Part shown: one piece after another, positions 57,296 through 64,000 of the stretch
How positions within the stretch are numbered: position 1 is the stretch's first letter
Layout of the letters: every line of letters starts with the position of its first letter
Source: the human T2T-CHM13v2.0 reference genome, Homo sapiens
Assembly (NCBI RefSeq): GCF_009914755.1
Contig: NC_060932.1
Reading direction: 5' to 3' (one strand)
DNA length: 64,000 nucleotides
Notes under the pieces: generated by a model
Told to the model about the DNA's origin: nothing
Database searches by the model: none
Seen by the model: only the letters and a program-made list of their open reading frames with translations
Made by a program: the position numbers and the translations under genes

Positions 57296-57723
57296 GAGAG
57301 GATGGATTTGGGCTGGGATTGAATGACCTGCTGGAAGACTCCAGAGAAGATCATGGTGTCCAGCTCAAAAGGCTGATTCCAAGGTCAGCCTTGGTAGGGG
57401 GAGGGCATTGTTCCTGGCATTCCAAGGCAATCATGACAGCATAAGGTACTCAGACCAGGGCTGAAGATCACCTCAATGTCTTAGTTCCTTAAAATAGAGT
57501 GAATTGTCTAAACCATTGCCATTGTCTTGGAAACCATTCTTTTTGCCTGGTCTAATTTTCTATCTTAGATCTAACCTAGATAACTCTCAATAAAAGAATG
57601 GAATGATACAATAAAATCAGAGCAAAGTCTTTACTGATTTTTGCATTGCTTGGTATGTGTTGACCAATCACAGTATGCCTTTAAATCTTTAAGAAGGTTG
57701 GTGCAATTACATTTTATTTGATG

Positions 57724-58317
<594 letters not shown>

Positions 58318-59689
58318 TTGTTTTTCTGTGATGGGGGTCTCTTTCCACAAGCTATTCTCTTACTACTAGGCAGGTGTATCTGAACATGATAAACATTTTC
58401 AGGTGAATGTCATCACCCTATGTATTAAAAACAGGCTTTAGCTTTTTAAAAAACACCAAATAGTGAAAGAAGCTGAAATGTATTTGTTAAGTACAAGCGT
58501 TCAGTTTACAACTACTGCGCTGTAATTGTACAAAGGTGGCATTGTCATCCTTCCATGGGGGAGTCTGGGAGATTTTTACCATTGGGTCTCAGCACTTCAG
58601 CACGTTAGTGCTCTCACCTGCGTTGGTAATGACATGCAAGTTGGGAGACCAGATGTGCAGTTCGGAAGAGTGGACGTTGGCCAAGAACTCACCTCTGCTA
58701 CCATCTTCAGCTTCCAATTCTGCAGCCAAAAAGCAATTACTGAGACTAAGTATCACCATTTTCTTCTGTGTGTAACAAAGAATATCACACACCACCTGCA
58801 TGTGGGCGGAAGATAATTGTCACAGGTGGTGCAGGAGGCTTCCCCATGGCGGGCGCTGAGTTCTTTATGTGCCGCCAAGCTAGAGAGAAGCCTGACTGCT
58901 TCCATTTCTGACATCTCTCTTGCTTCTCTGGAAAAAGTGTCATCTGTATGCATTGTTGGGAGCTGAGCATCAACATCCACAGGTAGATGGGGCAGATACT
59001 TTCTGGCTTGAATTCACCTGACTTGTGTGCTCACGGTGTCCATATTGCAGGTATGGTGTTTATAGCACCGCTTCTTGAAATTGTTTTATACAGAGAATAA
59101 CATGGGGTAGCTAACACGTGCATTCCACAGGCTCCATCCAAGATTCCTTGACCGAAAACCTCCAGGAGACCAGCCTGGGGGGTGCTGCATATTTTACAAG
59201 GACCCTTATTATTGTACCCAGGGAAATTTGAAAAAAAAAAAAGTGCAAATGGCAAATTAATATCTCTAGCTAGGTACTGAAAGAACATCCCCGTGTTTGC
59301 CTCTAGGGGTGATGAGTAAAATCCTGTATCCCCGAGGTTTATGAATCCCCTGACATATTCATACTTTTTTATAATACCCCCTAAGACACATACCTACCTC
59401 TTAGGTTTTTTGTTTGTTTTGTTTTAATCAGTAGAGCAGAAATATCATGGGCAATTGAAATCCAAAAGGAACATGAAAAGTAAACCAAATAAAAAGAAAA
59501 CAGCCACCTCTCTGTAATCCAAATTCCCGGGTCATTGCCGCCGTTTGAAGGCTCCATAAGACCCCAGAGCTGTGTGGTATCATTGCTCTTACATTCTATT
59601 CTTTTAAAGGCTCATAAGACCTACAAACAGCCTGAGAAGCATGGAGAGAAGGAGCCAGAGGCATGCAGAGAAGGGTTTTGGAATGGGAA

Positions 59690-59815
59690 GCACTCACGGC
59701 ATCCAAAGGCCTTACCTGCCTCAGTAATTGTGACTCTCCCTTCTATCTCCCAGGGCATAGTGAAGATGGAATCAGATCATGCATGTGGAGACTGCTTTGA
59801 AAACTGCAATTATAG
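59690..59815 (+). mobile_element. MIR relic
   Basis: 'ctatctcccagggcatagtgaagatggaatcagatcatgcatgtggagactgctttgaaaactg'. Confidence 0.6.
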
Positions 59816-61921
59816 GGAAAGGTTGTCTTTAGTTTTCATCCAAGTTTATGATTTTTAAAAAAAATCTAATAATCCAAGTATGCTCTGAATATCACTGTTT
59901 AAGAAGAAGCATCTCAAAATGTGTCAGTTTGGGCTATTTTTGGTTTCCACTAACCCATGGGACTCTGGGGATGGTGATGGGTGGTAGACAATGAGAAACC
60001 TGGGCAAAGTCAACGTGGGGGGACCTGCCTGATGCTTTGCTCTTGTGCATGGACAATCTTCACCATACAGAGGAGGATGAGAAGTGACTACAGCCTTGGA
60101 TGGCTCGTGGCTATACTGAAAGAGAAAGATGAACTAAACGCCTTTCCAAATTAGGGTCACCTCCTCCAAATACGCTAGACTTAAGAAACTGTTAGTGATG
60201 CTTTCTTCAGCTTTTCTCTCGAATAGTAGTGAGAATCTCTTTTCAACCAAGCTCTGCAGTCTTTTGGGAGGAAAAATCAATTGTGGGTCACACACAAGGA
60301 AAAGTTCCCTGAATATAACGAGTGTGTTTACTCAGAAAAATACTCCCATTCCATATTCTGGCAGTTAGGGTTCACTAGTAGAAAGAGATGAAAGGAAATA
60401 TAAAGAAAAGGAAAATGTTTTAAAATTTAGAGGAGAGAAGGTGAAGGGAAAATGAGGGTAAAGAGGAAATAAGGTTTAGTGATTGGAAAAGAAATACGTT
60501 CATTGAAAGAGAAGTACTGGGGATGGGTAGAAAGAAGGATCATAGACTCAAGACCGTACATTTCTGTTTGCCTGGGCTGCAGGCCTTAGATTAATTATCA
60601 CCTGTTGTCACTCTCCTGTAAACTTCAGATGAGCTCTTTTGCAGTTTGGATCACTTTTTCTACAATAGAATAGTTTTCTCACTTCTAAAGTTCAAGCGTA
60701 CACTGAAAGAAAAGTTTATTTTCCCCCATAAAATTCTTAAGCCTTTGCAAATGTTTCAGCAAGGAGTTAGTTTTAGAATTTGACTGTGGAAGCCCAGCTT
60801 TACCCATCTATTTACTATCTAAGAATGAATTTTATTTGATTCAAACTATTTATTTGTTTCTTGTTTTCTTTTATCCCATGTTTTTATTTCATTTTGCAAT
60901 GAAGTTCACTTTTTGTATTATTGGAAGTGCCACAGCCTACAGAACAACAGCTCTTAATAAAACACATCTTTGAGACTAAATATTAATATTTGCAACTACT
61001 GATCAGTTTTCCCCCAAGTCAGACTGCTTGTCCTAAAGGCAGGGAAATCCCCTGCTCTTTTTTTTTTTTTTTTTTTTGAACATATCAAGGTGGCTACCAT
61101 TGAGTGAAAGATAGATTGAAGATAAATGATCAGGGTCAGTTAGGTGAATTTTGTCTTGATTCAGGAATAGGGTTCCAGTGAAAGTTGTTTGGTGAGAAGT
61201 TCTATTATGATAGAATTCATTGGGATAGAAGCCTGGCTAAAAATTTGAAAGGGCCAACTTGTTCAGCTGATAATTTACAAACTAGGGATTCCAGGTGCAG
61301 AATAGTGTGGTGGCCTCACACTAAGACGTAGAGAAGAAGAGAACCTAGAGTCAATGAAGCTCATAAAATGCTACTCCAACAGAGGAGGTGACATAAGTAA
61401 GTATTTCCATGGGAGAGGGAGGTCAGCAGTGGGGATAATGAAGAAAGGAATATTATAAATACATTTTGATGGAAAAATGTAAAAGGATAAGTCGTTAATT
61501 TCCTATAGCAGGTGTAGAAAAAAGAGCGTGGTGTATTGGGAGAATGATGGCAAAGGCATCACATCCCGTGGGTGAGGAGCTATGCAACGTGTGGATGCTG
61601 TAGCTTAGTTTTGTCTTTGGTGTTGGCTGCCTTTTCTAAGCTTTTCTGCCCTGACCAGTCCTGAACTACTCTCCAGAGATACTTGAGAATTTTCTTGTCT
61701 TTCATTGCATCTCACGGAAAGAGATGCAGTAATACCCGTTCAATATTTCCAAAAAGAGAACCCATCACAGAATCATGTAGTTCTTTCTACTGTCGAGACA
61801 ACAAAGACATGAATATAGGTGCTGAGCAGAGACTGAGGATTCAGTAAGGAAGACAGCCCAGGTCAAAGGACTTTCTCAGCTTCCTCTAGGCTACATCAGG
61901 ACGCCATTGGGTCTTGCACAG

Positions 61922-62297
61922 TGATATGGCTTGGCTCTCTGTCCCCACCCAAATCACATGTTGTATTGTAATCCCCTGTGTTGGAGGAGGGGCCTGGTGG
62001 TAGGTGATTGAATCACAGGGCGAACTCCTCCCTTGCTGTTCCCGTGATAGAATTCTCACAAGATCTGGTTGTTCGAAACTATGTAGCGCCTCCTGCTTCA
62101 ATCTGTCTCTTTCCTGCCATGTGAAGATGTTCCTGCTTCCCCTTTACCTTCTGCCATGATTGTAAGTTTCCTGAGGCCTCCCAAAAATCAGAAGCCCGTA
62201 CAGCCCACAGAACCAGAAGCACATTTATACCTCTTTTCTTTATAAATTACCCAGTCTCAGGTAGTTCTTTATACCAGTGGGAGAACGGACTAACTCA
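61922..62297 (+). mobile_element. MSTA-like solo LTR
   Basis: tgatatggcttggctctctgtccccacccaaatc...gttggaggaggggcctggtgg...tgtaagtttcctgaggcctccc...ataaattacccagtctcaggta. Confidence 0.92.
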
Positions 62298-62359
62298 CGG
62301 GATACAGAAATGTCCTCCTGGCTGGTTCTTGTGCCTCCAATCTCATGACCAACCTCCCC

Positions 62360-62420
62360 TTTCTCTCTCTCTTTCTCTTTCTCTCTCTCTCTCTCTCTCT
62401 CTGTCTGTCTCTCTCTCTCA
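62360..62420. repeat. (TC)n simple repeat
   Basis: Interrupted tctctc run. Confidence 0.95.
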
Positions 62421-62479
62421 TACTTGAACCACTTTGTTCTCAGTGCCACTAGAAATAACACAAGTGCAATCTTCTTTCT

Positions 62480-62895
62480 CTTATTAGGAATTCTAAATTA
62501 CTTGGCATCGCTCTTACACCTTTACAAGGTCCTGCACAATCTCACTCCTTCTTGGCTCCCAGTTTCTCGATGGGCTCTGCTCTCTCCACCCCAGAGGCCT
62601 TACATACGGCTATCATATTCCTGAATGCCCACGTCTCACCTGACTCATTCTGGGTGACACTTTCCATCTCAACGAGGCATCATTTGCAAGTGATGTGCTG
62701 CCATCATGCAGGACCGAGGCCCTGTGTGACCCCAATAAGAGCAGTTGTTATATCACATTGCAGAGCACTGCTTATGCCTCCATCATCTGCAATAAACTGT
62801 AAGTTCCCCGAGGACAGGTAGGTGTTCACTGTGTTCACTTTAGTGAGCATAATACTTAGCATAGTATACAGAAGGCACAGAATAAATACTATTCC
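62480..62895 (+). mobile_element. L2 3' end relic
   Basis: 'tacaaggtcctgcacaatct' and 'aaactgtaagttccccgaggacagg...cttagcatagt...aataaatact'. Confidence 0.7.
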
Positions 62896-63672
62896 TACAT
62901 CAAGGCAGAATCTGAGTGGCATTGTTGTGGGTGGACACCATTTATTCCTTGTTTTTGCTCAGGCATTAAGGCGTGATAGAAGAACTACATTAGCAGCCAA
63001 AAGAGCTCACTTCCCTTTGTGCCCTGATTTTAAATGGTTGTGTCACATTCAGAAAGTTTCTTCAATGTTCTTAGTTTCAGCATCTATATTTGTAAAATAA
63101 TGCTACTGTTATCCATTATTCTAATGTTATAGATTTGGTGCACATTAAAAATTTGGGATGTTGAAAGTACTTTAAAAATTGTAAACCAGTATAGGAATTT
63201 TGATGAAATATTAGATCAGATCAAAATGAAAATGTCCCAGAAAAACTCCAATACAAAACGATCGAATTGCCCATGTTTGTTACTTCTGCGCGATCTGTCT
63301 CACTAGCTCTCCAGAAAATTACAGGCTGGCTACAAGCCAGAGAAAAAACGCATTCCTTTAACAAAAGAGGCTGATGAAAATGAATACTATGATGTTTATT
63401 ACGTTGCAAAGGAAAATCTTGATTAGGTAGGTTAACCCCAGGTTTGCCCAGAAATTAAAACCTAATAAATGTTTCATTGTCTCCTGAATGCAGAACTAAA
63501 TGGATATATGTTGTAGTGTGCGGCTGCCACACCATCCTGCACATGGAATTTGCGGCTTATAAATTATCAGCTAAGTCAGTTGGCCCTTTCAAATTTTTAG
63601 CCACAGGCTGTTGCTGTGTCATGTTTACCCACCCCATCTCTCTCCTCTTCTAGCTTCCTTAGAGAAGGAATG

Positions 63673-64000
63673 CTTTCATAGCTAGAGAGCAGAAGGCAAT
63701 GCCTGGCTTTAAAGCTTCAAAGGTCAGGCTGACTCTCTTGTTAGGGACATCAGTAGCTGGTGACTATAAGTTGAAGCCAATGATCATTTATTATTCTGAA
63801 AATCCTAGGGCCCTTCAGAATTATGTGAAGTCTACTCTGCCTGTGCTCTCTAAAGAAATCAGCAAAGCTTGGATGACAGCACATCTGTTTATAGCAAGGT
63901 TTACTGAATATTCTAAGCCCACTATTGAGGCCTACTGCTCAGAAAAAAAAAAAAAAAAAAAAAGGATTTCTTTCAAAATAGGACTACTCATTGACAATGC
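63673..64000 (+). mobile_element. Tigger1 transposase internal fragment (runs off the window end)
   Basis: Frame from 63675 reads [24 protein letters not shown]...[25 protein letters not shown]...KAWMTAHLF...KIGLLIDN, matching the recalled Tigger1/pogo DDE transposase core. Confidence 0.95.

Larger units (their letters stand above)
61234..63603. repeat. Inverted repeat pair (arms 61234-61323 and 63514-63603)
   Basis: Hand alignment: 73/90 identical, ungapped, including a perfect 26-mer tggctaaaaatttgaaagggccaact. Confidence 0.92.

Overview
Primate (human-like) genomic DNA, AT-rich and dominated by interspersed repeats: about 12 Alus, old L1M and young L1PA pieces, L2/MIR/L3 relics, MaLR, ERVL, ERV1 and ERVK solo LTRs, and Tigger/MER63 DNA transposons. 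I can support no protein-coding gene, RNA gene, CpG island or CRISPR array. The supplied ORFs are repeat-derived or chance; the only recognisable protein sequences are an L1 ORF2p C-terminus (53447-53911) and a Tigger1 transposase fragment (63675-64000). The window looks intergenic or deep-intronic, and I cannot name the locus. I found no new multi-gene biological system. The most notable signals not explained by standard repeat annotation are: (1) an ungapped 90-bp inverted repeat bracketing about 2.2 kb (61234-61323 / 63514-63603); (2) a TG-rich minisatellite carrying five nuclear-receptor DR1-like motifs (40068-40645); (3) a 64-bp dispersed direct repeat around a MER61-like LTR that lacks a TSD; (4) a clear twin-primed L1MA; (5) several small templated or fold-back insertion scars. 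Repeat family names come from my recollection of consensus sequences, not a database search, and boundaries of old elements are approximate.
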